The translations under genes were made by a program, and so were the position numbers. A stretch of DNA of 64,000 nt from Nannocystis bainbridge (GTDB lineage: Bacteria > Myxococcota_A > Polyangia > Nannocystales > Nannocystaceae): the NCBI RefSeq assembly GCF_028368995.1, contig NZ_JAQNDL010000003.1:1696001-1760000 (forward strand), written 5' to 3'. Position 1 is the stretch's first letter, and the number at the start of each line of letters is the position of its first letter. The notes under the pieces are model-generated. The model was given only the letters and a program-made list of their open reading frames with translations. It was not told the DNA's origin and ran no database searches. Shown here one piece after another: positions 11,006-19,760 of this stretch.

Positions 11006-11575
11006 TCAGACGGCAGTGTAACGAGTGCCGCGAGCCTGACCGGTCCACGACACGAGGCCGCGCTCGATGAGGCGCGCCAGGGCGGTGCGGACCTGCAGCG
11101 GGGTGCCACCGACCACGGCGGACAGATCCGGCGCGGCCTGCGGGCCCGGGGCGGTCTTGAGGGCGTTCAGCATGCCCTGATCGTAGGCGTCGCGGCCGGC
11201 GGGCGTGCGAGTGTCGACGACCGACTTGTTGCTGCCACGCTTGGCAGCCGGCGCCGGCGCCTCCTTGGCGGGTGCAGCAGCACCACGGCCGCCCTTGCGA
11301 CCGACCGGAGCAGCAGGGGCCTTGGCCAGCGCTTGCGGGACCTTGACCGGCTTGCCGGCGCCGCGGCCGCGGGGCGCAGCGGGGGCCGCCGCGCCTCCGC
11401 CCTGACCCAGCAGTTCACCGATCGTGATCCCCTTGAGCAGCGAGCCGAGCTCGCCAGTCGCGAGCTTGCCGAGCTCAGCGAGGCTCATATGGGGAGCTGA
11501 ACGGATCTGTTCGATCATCACGTCGCGCTCGGCATTCGCGACGGCATTGCGGAAGGTCGTCTCGAACCTAGACAT
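11006..11575 (-). CDS. Putative DNA-binding/nucleoid-associated protein (helical N-domain, Ala/Lys/Pro/Arg linker, C-terminal winged helix)
   Basis: C-terminus PDLSAVVGGTPLQVRTALARLIERGLVSWTGQARGTRY resembles a wHTH; basic low-complexity linker with RGR/RKGGRG motifs. Start could be 11593. Confidence 0.7.
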   Translation of the reverse strand: MSRFETTFRNAVANAERDVMIEQIRSAPHMSLAELGKLATGELGSLLKGITIGELLGQGGGAAAPAAPRGRGAGKPVKVPQALAKAPAAPVGRKGGRGAAAPAKEAPAPAAKRGSNKSVVDTRTPAGRDAYDQGMLNALKTAPGPQAAPDLSAVVGGTPLQVRTALARLIERGLVSWTGQARGTRYTAV

Positions 11576-11726
11576 CGTCTTTGCTTTTTGCATGACCCGA
11601 GATCCGAGGTCAATCCATATTCGGCAGTCCCGCGACAAAAATCTTCAGTCCCCGCACTTTTCGTCCTCACTTTTCGTCCGCAGTGGCTGCGTTCGGCCCG
11701 ATCTGGCCAATCTGCGGCGCCTTCAG

Positions 11727-11803
11727 CCGTTCTCCGCAGCTTCGCCCGTTCTCCGCAGTTTCACCCGTTTCTCCGCAGTTGGGGCCCTTCTCCGTAGTTC
11801 CAC
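11727..11803. repeat. 4 x ~19-bp tandem repeat CCGTTCTCCGCAGYTTCRC
   Basis: Units start at 11727, 11746, 11765 and 11785. Confidence 0.85.
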
Positions 11804-11940
11804 CCCCCACTCGGTCGTTCGACCCCCTCGCCTCAGTTCCCCCCACTCCTCTGTTCCCCCCCACTCCGCCGCTCGCCTCAGTCCACCCCCCACTCCCCAG
11901 TTCCCCCAACGGCCCCATCCCCCCAACCTTCGGGTCCCCC
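11803..11940 (-). repeat. G-tract cluster on the minus strand (repeated GAGTGGGGGG)
   Basis: Repeated CCCCCCACTC-type units and other C4-C7 runs on the + strand. Confidence 0.75.
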
Positions 11941-12326
11941 CATCGGAGCGATTGGATGTCCCGCGTTTACACGGCCGTTTCGTCGGCTGCCCGGTTCGCT
12001 TACCCGCGACTCCTCGGCCCCGGCCGCGCCCGCCGTTTCCGGGCTGCTGGAGCGCTTTGGGGCGCTCGCCGGCCCGGCGACGGAAATCGGTAGCGGCCGT
12101 CCGCCTGCGACACTGTTCATATCGTCGGCACTGCCGACTCGTCGGCATCGGGCGGCTACCTGCGCGACGACCCGCGCGCCCCCTGTGCAGTATCCCGCGA
12201 ACGCGGCGATCCGATGTTCGTACTTCGTTTCAGCGGACGCTCGTCCGCTCGACCGCAGCGTATGCGCGGGCGCGCGCAACATTCTCCTGAGGCCGACTCG
12301 CTACTGACTACCTTTTAAGGACCGCA

Positions 12327-12364
12327 CAAAAGCGAAGAGGGGGACGGTCGCAGCCGCCCCCCTC
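12327..12364 (-). terminator. Probable intrinsic terminator after ahcY
   Basis: GAGGGGG...CCCCCTC hairpin followed on the minus strand by TTCGCTTTT, about 45 bp past the ahcY stop. Confidence 0.6.
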
Positions 12365-12409
12365 AGTCGGGACATCAGCGCGCGCCAGGCAGGCCCGGCG
12401 CGCTCCGGA

Positions 12410-13750
12410 TCAGTAGCGGTAGTGCTCGGGCTTGAACGGGCCCTCTTGCGAGACCCCGAGGTATTCGGCCTGCTTGTCGCTGAGGCGGGTGAGCTTGACG
12501 CCGAGCTTTCCGAGGTGGAGGCGGGCGACCTCCTCATCGAGGCGCTTCGGCAGCACGTACACCTTGCCCCGCGCATAACGGCTGCGCTCGGTGTAGAGCG
12601 ACAGCTGGGCGAGCACCTGATTCGTGAAGCTATTGCTCATCACGAAGCTGGGGTGGCCGGTGGCGCAGCCGAGGTTCACCAGGCGGCCGCGGGCCAGCAG
12701 GAGGATCGCGTGGCCGTCGGGGAACACGAACCGGTCGACCTGCGGCTTGATGTTGATCTCCTGGACGCCCTTGTCGGCGACCAGGCCGGCGACGTCGATC
12801 TCGCTGTCGAAGTGGCCGATGTTGCAGACGATCGCCTCGTCCTTCATCTTGCGCATGTGCTCGAGCGTGATGACGTCGCAGCATCCAGTGGCAGTGACGA
12901 AGATGTCGGCGAGGCCGGCGGCCTCGTCCATCGTCGTCACCTGGAAGCCCTCCATCGCCGCCTGCAGCGCGCAGATCGGGTCGACCTCGGTGACGAGCAC
13001 GCGGGCCCCGAAGCCGCGCATCGACTGGGCGCAGCCCTTGCCGACGTCGCCGTAACCGGCCACGACCACGACCTTGCCGGCGACCATGATGTCGGTCGCC
13101 CGCTTGATGCCGTCGGCCAGGCTCTCGCGGCAGCCGTACAGGTTGTCGAACTTGCTCTTGGTCACCGAGTCATTGACGTTGATCGCGGCGATCTTCAGCT
13201 CGCCGCGCTCGGCCATCTGATACAGGCGATGGACCCCGGTGGTGGTCTCCTCGCTGACGCCGAGGCACTGCTCGAGCGAAGCGACGTGCTCCGGGCGGTG
13301 CAGCACGAGCGTCAGGTCGCCGCCGTCGTCGAGCAGGATGTTCGGCGGGCTGCCGTCGGGCCAGCGGATCGTCTGCTCGACGCACCACCAGTACTCCTCC
13401 TCGGTCTCGCCCTTCCACGCGAACACCGGCACGCCGGTGGCCGCGATCGCGGCCGCCGCGTGGTCCTGCGTCGAGAAGATATTGCAGGACGACCAGCGGA
13501 CCTCGGCCCCGAGCTCCGTCAGCGTCTCGATCAACACGGCCGTCTGAATCGTCATGTGGAGGCAGCCGGCGATCTTGGCCCCCTTCAGCGGCTTCTCCGC
13601 CCCGTGCTTGGCGCGCAGCGCCATCAGCCCGGGCATCTCCTTCTCGGCCAGGGCGATCTCCTTGCGGCCCCAATCGGCCAGGCCCATGTCGGCGACCTTG
13701 AAGTCGGGCGTGGTGGGCGGCTTTACCTTCGACACAGTGCTTGCAGTCAT
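12410..13750 (-). CDS. ahcY: Adenosylhomocysteinase
   Basis: [75 protein letters not shown]. Confidence 0.98.
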   Translation of the reverse strand: MTASTVSKVKPPTTPDFKVADMGLADWGRKEIALAEKEMPGLMALRAKHGAEKPLKGAKIAGCLHMTIQTAVLIETLTELGAEVRWSSCNIFSTQDHAAAAIAATGVPVFAWKGETEEEYWWCVEQTIRWPDGSPPNILLDDGGDLTLVLHRPEHVASLEQCLGVSEETTTGVHRLYQMAERGELKIAAINVNDSVTKSKFDNLYGCRESLADGIKRATDIMVAGKVVVVAGYGDVGKGCAQSMRGFGARVLVTEVDPICALQAAMEGFQVTTMDEAAGLADIFVTATGCCDVITLEHMRKMKDEAIVCNIGHFDSEIDVAGLVADKGVQEINIKPQVDRFVFPDGHAILLLARGRLVNLGCATGHPSFVMSNSFTNQVLAQLSLYTERSRYARGKVYVLPKRLDEEVARLHLGKLGVKLTRLSDKQAEYLGVSQEGPFKPEHYRY

Positions 13751-13793
13751 CGTCTACCTTGGTCCTCTCGCGAACAATGCGAATCCAGCGTCA

Positions 13794-14237
13794 TCAAGCG
13801 CGGTACTCCGGCACCCAGCCCGCGGCGTCCTTGAACAGACGCACGCAGCGGATCTGCCGCCGCTCGGTCAAAAAGAAGCGGTGATACAGGTCGGCGGGCA
13901 CGACGATCAGGTCGCCGCGCTCGACCTCGATCCGGATCCACCGCTCGCCCGGCCCGCGGACGTCGAAGATCCCCGCGCCGTCGAGCACGAAGCGGACCTC
14001 GTCGTCGCGGTGCAGGTGCTCGTCCTTGAACTTGCCGAGCAGCCCGTCGAGGTTCGGCGTGTCCGGCCGCAGCTCGATCACGTCCTGGGTGACGTAGCCG
14101 CGGTCGGCCTTGAGGCGGTCCAGCGCGCCCTGAAAGTCGTCGTCGGGCAGGCGCTCGTAGAGCACCCCCACGGCCGCGAGATCGGCCAGCGTCGGCCCCT
14201 CGCCCTGCGAAGCATCCTCGAGCCATTCGAGCCGCAT
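13794..14237 (-). CDS. mtnD: Acireductone dioxygenase (cupin)
   Basis: EHLHRDDEVRFVLDGAGIFDVR...WIRIEVERGDLIVVPADLYHRF. Confidence 0.92.
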   Translation of the reverse strand: MRLEWLEDASQGEGPTLADLAAVGVLYERLPDDDFQGALDRLKADRGYVTQDVIELRPDTPNLDGLLGKFKDEHLHRDDEVRFVLDGAGIFDVRGPGERWIRIEVERGDLIVVPADLYHRFFLTERRQIRCVRLFKDAAGWVPEYRA

Positions 14238-14255
14238 GGTCCCTCCGCCTCCGCG

Positions 14256-14936
14256 TCACGCCCCGCCCAGCGGCAGCCCGAGTCGATGCGACTCGACCAC
14301 CGCGCGGAACAAATAGTCGAAGCTCTCGGCCTGCGTCTTGGCCTGCACCCAGTCGCGGCCCCACACGTACACCCCGTGGCCCGCGACCAGCACCGCGTCG
14401 ACGTCGGGGTACGCCAGCATCGCCTCGGCCATGCTGGCCGTCAGCTGCGACTCGCGCGGGGTGTTGGCGATGATCGGCACCCGCAAGGTGTCGAAGCAGC
14501 CCATCCCGCGCAGGCCCTTCTGCATCTCGAGCCCCTGGCACACGAACTCGCCCGGCCCGCCCTGCGGCGCGAACAGCCGCGCCGCCAGCACCGCCCACAC
14601 CGAGTGCGAGTGCATCACGGCGCCGGCGTCGCGCAGGCGATAGGCGTTGAAGAACAGCGGCCGGCACTCGCTGACCTTGAGCCCCGAGGCCGGCGCGCGC
14701 ACGACCTCGCAGTCGTGCTCGCCGGTGGCGCGGTCGCTCAGCACGAAGATGTCCTCCGGCTGCAGCCGCTCCTTCTGCACCCCCGACGGCGCCATGTAGA
14801 TGCCCTCGGGGCCGCGGATCGAGATGCCGCCGCCGGTGCCGCTGACCCAACCGTGCTGATAAAACAGCCGGCAGAGCTCGCAGATGAGCTCGGGAATCGG
14901 TGGGTTCGACGCGTGATCGCGAGGCGCTGCGGACAT
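14256..14936 (-). CDS. mtnB: Methylthioribulose-1-phosphate dehydratase
   Basis: GWVSGTGGGISI, APSGVQKER, GAVMHSHS, HGVYVWG; class II aldolase/APIP-like. Confidence 0.93.
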   Translation of the reverse strand: MSAAPRDHASNPPIPELICELCRLFYQHGWVSGTGGGISIRGPEGIYMAPSGVQKERLQPEDIFVLSDRATGEHDCEVVRAPASGLKVSECRPLFFNAYRLRDAGAVMHSHSVWAVLAARLFAPQGGPGEFVCQGLEMQKGLRGMGCFDTLRVPIIANTPRESQLTASMAEAMLAYPDVDAVLVAGHGVYVWGRDWVQAKTQAESFDYLFRAVVESHRLGLPLGGA

Positions 14937-15209
14937 CGAGGCGCGGGGAGTCTACCCCCGGGCCTCCAGGGGCGTCACAGCCGGCCGAGTGTGGATCCTC
15001 GCTTCCCGCGCCGGTCCCTCGCAAACCCTCGCCGAACCTTCGCGCCGCCCGCCGCGCGACCCAAAGCCCCGCCGCCAGCCCCGCCCTCGTCGATTGCGCG
15101 GCGCGGCGAATGTCACGCCCGCACGTCGCGGACGTCCGACCGCCCCCGGTCGCAGCCATTGGCCGCCGGCCCCGCTGGCGATTCGCCGGGCCGAACGTCG
15201 ATGTGAAGC

Positions 15210-15227
15210 TGTCTCTCGGGACATGTT
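15210..15227. repeat. TGTC-N6-GACA unit
   Basis: TGTC TCTCGG GACA TGTT. Confidence 0.7.
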
Positions 15228-15885
15228 ATCGCAGCGCCGCCGGCTCGAATCCTCGCAGCGCGGTCTCGCCGCCGGGCCCACCGTCGGCGCGCGGCCGTCG
15301 CGCCGTCGCCGTGAATCCGTCGGGTCGCAGATCTGCCCGGTCGCGGCGAACGGCGATCGCCCGCCGGCAATCGCCGTACTCGTACCTGTCCTCGCGGACA
15401 GCTGGGTGAGTCGCGTCGAATCGCCGCGCCCCGCCGGCCGCCCCGACGAATCGGCGGCGCATTCGTTGTCGCGCGTTCACGGGGCGAATTGCAGCACCGC
15501 GCGCGGACCCCCGCCGCAGACCGGTGTCAGTTCCGGCGGCGCCGACGCGTCGTGGCACCGACGAGGAGCAGGCCGAACGGCGATCGCGGGGCCGCATCGC
15601 TCTCGCACGACACCCGCGCGTCGAGCCCCGCATCCTCCGTCGGCGACCCGTCGGTCGAAACCCCCGACGGACGCCGGGCCGTCGGTCGACGGATGGCGAC
15701 AGAACGCGACTGTCGGCGACCTCGGCCGGCGGCGGCGATTGCATGATGTCCTCGAGCGGGCTCGCCTCATCGACCACCGTCATGCACCACGAGCGTGCGA
15801 TGGTGGTGACGAACTGTCACGCTCGGCGAGCCGGGTGATCGTCGCCAGCGCGCGCCACCTCGCCGATCTGCCAGCGATTCGCCGG

Positions 15886-17070
15886 CTAGCGCGCCCGGGC
15901 TCGCCGGCGCCGCGCCAGCGCCACGAGCCACAGCGCGGCCCAGCCGGCCCCGGCCCCGCCGCTGCGGCAGCCGCACCCGGCCGGCTCCGTGCCGGTGCCC
16001 GGGGCCGTGGTCGCCGCGCCGCCCGTGCTCGTGCTCGTGCCGTCGCTGCTCCCCGCGGTCGTCGGGTCGTCCCCGCTGGTCCCCGTGGTGGTCTCGCTGT
16101 CTCCGCAGGTCCCGTCGCCGCCGCCCGCCAGGAACGAGCCGCTGTCGCTGCAACCACCGCTCGAGGTCTCGCTCGGCTCCAGCACCGACAGCAGCGACAC
16201 CGGGTACGTCGAATAGGTGCGCTGCATCGGGTCGATGACGTCGACCCGCAACACCACCGAGTCGGGCGCGACCTCCGACGGCGGCGTGAAGGCCAGCGCG
16301 ATCGTCTCGCCGACCAGCGGTTCGCTGACGAACTCCTGCCACTCGAGCGCGTCGGCCAGGGCCCAGTAACCCTTCAGCGTCGAGCCCGGCATCGCCCGCG
16401 CGCAGCCCTCGAGCAGGTACGAATCGCCGGGGAACACGAACGCGCCCTCCGGATTGGTAAGCGCCGCCGCCGGCGGGGCCGAGGCTGGATCGGCGTCGTC
16501 GACCACATGCACCACCCCCGGCCGCCGCGACCAGCGGTTGAGCTCGGGCTCCCACGTATAACCGTCGATGCGCCACGCGCCCGCGGCCAGCCCGGTCGTG
16601 TCCCACACCACCGGCTCGGCCGCCTCGGCCTCGGTGATCGGTCGGCGCGCGTCGTCGGCGGTGATGCGGACGAAGCAATCGGCGTAGAGGCCGTTGGTCT
16701 CGAGCACGTCGTCGTCGCCGATGACCGCGGCGTCGATCATCTTCTCGTCGGCCCAATCGAGCCAGGCGTCGGCGTCGGCCCACGACAGCCACACCGGCGG
16801 CGGCGTCTGCGGGCTGTCGTCGCGGCAGAAGGCGACGAATTGGTGGCGCCGGCTGGTCGGCAATTCGTCGGGGGTGAGGTCGGTGTCGGGATAGGGGATC
16901 GCGTAGTCGAATTGCAGCGTGCTCGACTGGCTGCGATCGATCACCGTCATGCACGGCACGCCGTCGGGCCAGACCACCGGAGTACGCGGGTGGCCGCCGT
17001 TGGCCGCGTGCGCGGCCCCGGGCGCCGCGAGACCGACGAACACGAGCGCGACACGAAGAGGACCTCGCAC
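15886..17070 (-). CDS. Secreted surface protein with MYXO-CTERM-like tail (paralog 1)
   Basis: Signal peptide, T/S/G linker, GCGC + hydrophobic + RRRR C-terminus; GTG start 6 nt after TACACT. Confidence 0.8.
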   Translation of the reverse strand: MRGPLRVALVFVGLAAPGAAHAANGGHPRTPVVWPDGVPCMTVIDRSQSSTLQFDYAIPYPDTDLTPDELPTSRRHQFVAFCRDDSPQTPPPVWLSWADADAWLDWADEKMIDAAVIGDDDVLETNGLYADCFVRITADDARRPITEAEAAEPVVWDTTGLAAGAWRIDGYTWEPELNRWSRRPGVVHVVDDADPASAPPAAALTNPEGAFVFPGDSYLLEGCARAMPGSTLKGYWALADALEWQEFVSEPLVGETIALAFTPPSEVAPDSVVLRVDVIDPMQRTYSTYPVSLLSVLEPSETSSGGCSDSGSFLAGGGDGTCGDSETTTGTSGDDPTTAGSSDGTSTSTGGAATTAPGTGTEPAGCGCRSGGAGAGWAALWLVALARRRRARAR

Positions 17071-17122
17071 GCGGCCAGTGTAGCGCGGGCCCGTCGCCGG
17101 CGCCGCGCGCGGCCCGGGCCGC

Positions 17123-18367
17123 TCACGCCCGCGCAGGTGCGAAAACCCCACGTCGTCGCCGGCGCAGCCCCAGCAGCACCAGCCCGGCCCACGCCCACGA
17201 GCCCGCCGACCCGCCGCTGTCACAGCCGCAGCCGTCGCGCGTCGGCAGCTCCTCGGAGGTCGTCGCCGCATCACCGGTGGTATCGCCCGTGCTGCCGGTC
17301 GAGGCCGGCCCGCCCGTCGCCGAGGTGTCGATCGGCGCCTCGCCGCTGCTGCTGCTGACGCTGCCGGTGTCGTCGCTGCCGCCGTCGTCGCCGCAGCTCT
17401 CGTTGCCGATGAACGCGTTGGTGTCGCTGCAGCCGCCGCCGGTGGTGGTGGTGTCGCCGCTGCCCGGCAGCACGACCACCAGCGACCGCGGGAACGCCGA
17501 GAAGGTGCGCTGCATCGGGTCGGTCACGTCGATGCGCAGCGCCACCGTCTCGACCAGCGCCTCGGGCGGCGGCTTGAACGGCAGCTCGAGCGCCTCGCCG
17601 TCGATCGGCACGCCCTCGGCGAACGCATGCCACTCGAGACCGTCGCCGCCGGTCACCGCCCAGAACCCGCTCATCGTCGAGCCCGGCATGGTCCGCACGC
17701 AGCCTTGCAGCATCAGCGTGTCCTCACCGAACATGAAGTCGTCGGTGTTCATGATCGCCGCCGCCGGCGCGACCGCCGAGAGGTCGGGCCCGTCGACCAC
17801 GTGGATCACCCCGGGCCGCTTGCTCCAAATGTTGAACGCCGGCTCCCAGGTGTAGCCCTGCAGGATGTACGGCCCGGGCGCCAGCGCCGAGGTGTCCCAC
17901 TCGAAGCCCTTGTCCGCCTCGGCGAAGGTGATCGGCCGCCGCTCGTCGTCCTCGGTGACGCGGAAGAAGCAATCCTTGTAGATGTCGTGGGTCTCGAGCA
18001 CGTCCTGGTCGGTCGCGTCGGCCTTCTCGGAGATGCCCGCGGCGTCGGCGATGTCGACGTCCTTCCACGACAGCCACACCGGCAGCGGCTCCTGCGGGGT
18101 GTGATTGCGGCAGAAGGCGACGAACTGGTGGCGCCGGCTGTCGGCCACCTCGTCGGCGGTGACCATCGTGTCCTCCGCCGGGATCTCGTAGGGGAAGTGG
18201 ACGACCGCGCCCTGGCTGCGATCGATCACCGTCATGCAGGCGGTCTCGTCCGGCCACTGCACCGGCGTGCGCTCGTGGATCCCGTTGGCGGCCCGGGCCA
18301 GCGTCGGCGTGAGCAGCGCCGCGGCGACGGCGGACAGGCCGAGGATCCGGAGACGGGCGGAGCGCAT
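17123..18367 (-). CDS. Secreted surface protein with MYXO-CTERM-like tail (paralog 2)
   Basis: Collinear with paralog 1 (ANGxHxRTPVxWPD, CMTVIDRSQ, SRRHQFVAFCR, GYTWEP); GCGC...LLGLRRRRR tail. Confidence 0.85.
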   Translation of the reverse strand: MRSARLRILGLSAVAAALLTPTLARAANGIHERTPVQWPDETACMTVIDRSQGAVVHFPYEIPAEDTMVTADEVADSRRHQFVAFCRNHTPQEPLPVWLSWKDVDIADAAGISEKADATDQDVLETHDIYKDCFFRVTEDDERRPITFAEADKGFEWDTSALAPGPYILQGYTWEPAFNIWSKRPGVIHVVDGPDLSAVAPAAAIMNTDDFMFGEDTLMLQGCVRTMPGSTMSGFWAVTGGDGLEWHAFAEGVPIDGEALELPFKPPPEALVETVALRIDVTDPMQRTFSAFPRSLVVVLPGSGDTTTTGGGCSDTNAFIGNESCGDDGGSDDTGSVSSSSGEAPIDTSATGGPASTGSTGDTTGDAATTSEELPTRDGCGCDSGGSAGSWAWAGLVLLGLRRRRRGVFAPARA

Positions 18368-18377
18368 CGCCGACAAT

Positions 18378-18578
18378 CTACTCCTGCGCCGGGCCCGCGG
18401 AAACCTCGCCGGCGACGAAGCGGGCGCAGCGCAGCACCGGCAGGCGCGGGTACTTGGGCCAGCTCGGGTCGTGGTCGTGCTCGGCGCAGCGCCAGAACGT
18501 CGAGCCGCGGGCCGAGTCGACCCGCCGGGCCGACACGCAGCGGGCGCACAGCCCCGGCGACGGTGAGACGACGGTCAC
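18378..18578 (-). CDS. Small Cys-rich putative Zn-binding protein
   Basis: GLCARC...FWRC...KYPRLPVLRC; start overlaps the upstream stop (GTGA). Confidence 0.7.
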   Translation of the reverse strand: MTVVSPSPGLCARCVSARRVDSARGSTFWRCAEHDHDPSWPKYPRLPVLRCARFVAGEVSAGPAQE

Positions 18579-19198
18579 GATCCGCCCCGCTCGGCGGGCG
18601 GCAGGATGAGCTGCTCTTCATGGGCGAGGATCCCGAGCCCCACCGCGAGGCGGGCCGCCAGCATCGTCCGCCCGCTGACCTGCCCGCGCCGCAGCGCCGA
18701 GGCCCCGACCAGCAGGCCGATGCCCCACACCAGCAGCGCCGCCATCTGCGAGCCGCCCTGCAGCAGCGCGAAGCCGATCAGCCCGCTGGCGATCCAGATC
18801 AGCAGCACCATGCGGACCGCGCCCTGGACCGGCTCGCTGGCGTCCGCGGCCTGCCCGGCCACGCGCAGCTCGAACTCGCCCTCGACCACCCGCAGACCGA
18901 TCGAGTCGGGCCCGATCCGCAGGAACCGCAGCATCGGCTTGAGGCTGCGCAGCATCTCCTCGGCCCGCAGCACCGTGCGCCCGCGCAGCACGATCGCCCC
19001 GTCGGCCGGGTCGCGCTCCTGCAGCCCGCGGCGGAACCCCTCGGTGTAGAGGTCGATCGCCGTCTGCCCGACCGGCAGCCCGGCCTCGCGCGCGGCCGCG
19101 ACCTGCAGCGCGTGCTCGTCGCCGCGCCACGGCTGGTCCGTGCGGGCCAGCTGTCCCTTTGAACCTGCCTCTTGCGACATGTCGTTCGAATCATGCAT
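18575..19198 (-). CDS. Hypothetical membrane protein
   Basis: Two C-terminal TM helices; follows coaD. Start 19198 or 19180. Confidence 0.7.
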   Translation of the reverse strand: MHDSNDMSQEAGSKGQLARTDQPWRGDEHALQVAAAREAGLPVGQTAIDLYTEGFRRGLQERDPADGAIVLRGRTVLRAEEMLRSLKPMLRFLRIGPDSIGLRVVEGEFELRVAGQAADASEPVQGAVRMVLLIWIASGLIGFALLQGGSQMAALLVWGIGLLVGASALRRGQVSGRTMLAARLAVGLGILAHEEQLILPPAERGGS

Positions 19199-19217
19199 GA
19201 TCGGACATGTCCTCTCA
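19152..19217. repeat. 14-bp-phased TGTC-N6-GACA array (5 units), overlapping a CDS start
   Basis: TGTC 19152, TGCC 19166, TGTC 19180, TGCA 19194, TGTC 19208. Confidence 0.85.
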
Positions 19218-19739
19218 TTCGCCGCGCATGCGCCCGTGCATCGCCGCCGCCACCGGGCCCGGGACGTAGCGGGCGAAGTCGCCGCCGTGGCCGGCGATCT
19301 CGCGGACCAGCGAGCTCGAGACGAACTGGTGGGCCGGGCCGGGGATGAGGAACACGGTCTCGACCGCCGGCTGGAGGTCGCGGTTGGCGGACGCGATCTG
19401 GAACTCGGGTTCGAAGTCACCGTGCGCGCGCAGGCCGCGGACGATCACTCGCGCGCCCTGCTGCATGCAAAATTCGATCATGAGGCCGTCGAACTTGCTG
19501 GCGCGGGCCCGCGGCAGGTGGGCGATGCACTCGGCGATCAGGGCCACGCGCTCGTCGACGCTGAAGTAGCCGGTCTTGGTCGGGTGGCGCCCGACGGCGA
19601 CGATGACGTGGTCGAACAGCCGCAGCGCGCGCTCGACGATCTCGACGTGTCCGCTGGTGATCGGGTCGAACGAGCCGGGGTACACCGCCGTGAGCGGGCG
19701 CGGGAGTTCGGTCGACGAGCCGGGTTCGGTGGCTGACAC
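19215..19739 (-). CDS. coaD: Phosphopantetheine adenylyltransferase
   Basis: AVYPGSFDPITSGH, IVRGLR, DFEPE, VSSSLVREIA; GTG start at 19739. Confidence 0.96.
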   Translation of the reverse strand: MSATEPGSSTELPRPLTAVYPGSFDPITSGHVEIVERALRLFDHVIVAVGRHPTKTGYFSVDERVALIAECIAHLPRARASKFDGLMIEFCMQQGARVIVRGLRAHGDFEPEFQIASANRDLQPAVETVFLIPGPAHQFVSSSLVREIAGHGGDFARYVPGPVAAAMHGRMRGE

Positions 19740-19745
19740 CGGCGC

Positions 19746-19753
19746 AGTATACT
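19746..19753. promoter_or_regulatory. Palindromic AGTATACT, shared bidirectional -10 element
   Basis: TATACT on both strands, 7 nt from ATG 19761 (+) and 6 nt from GTG 19739 (-). Confidence 0.65.
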
Positions 19754-19760
19754 CCGCCGC

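Noticed and set aside
14989-15880. Possible gene or riboswitch in the gap upstream of mtnB
   Set aside because: ORFs are low-complexity and I could not match SAM/SAH riboswitch consensus by eye; an Rfam scan is needed.
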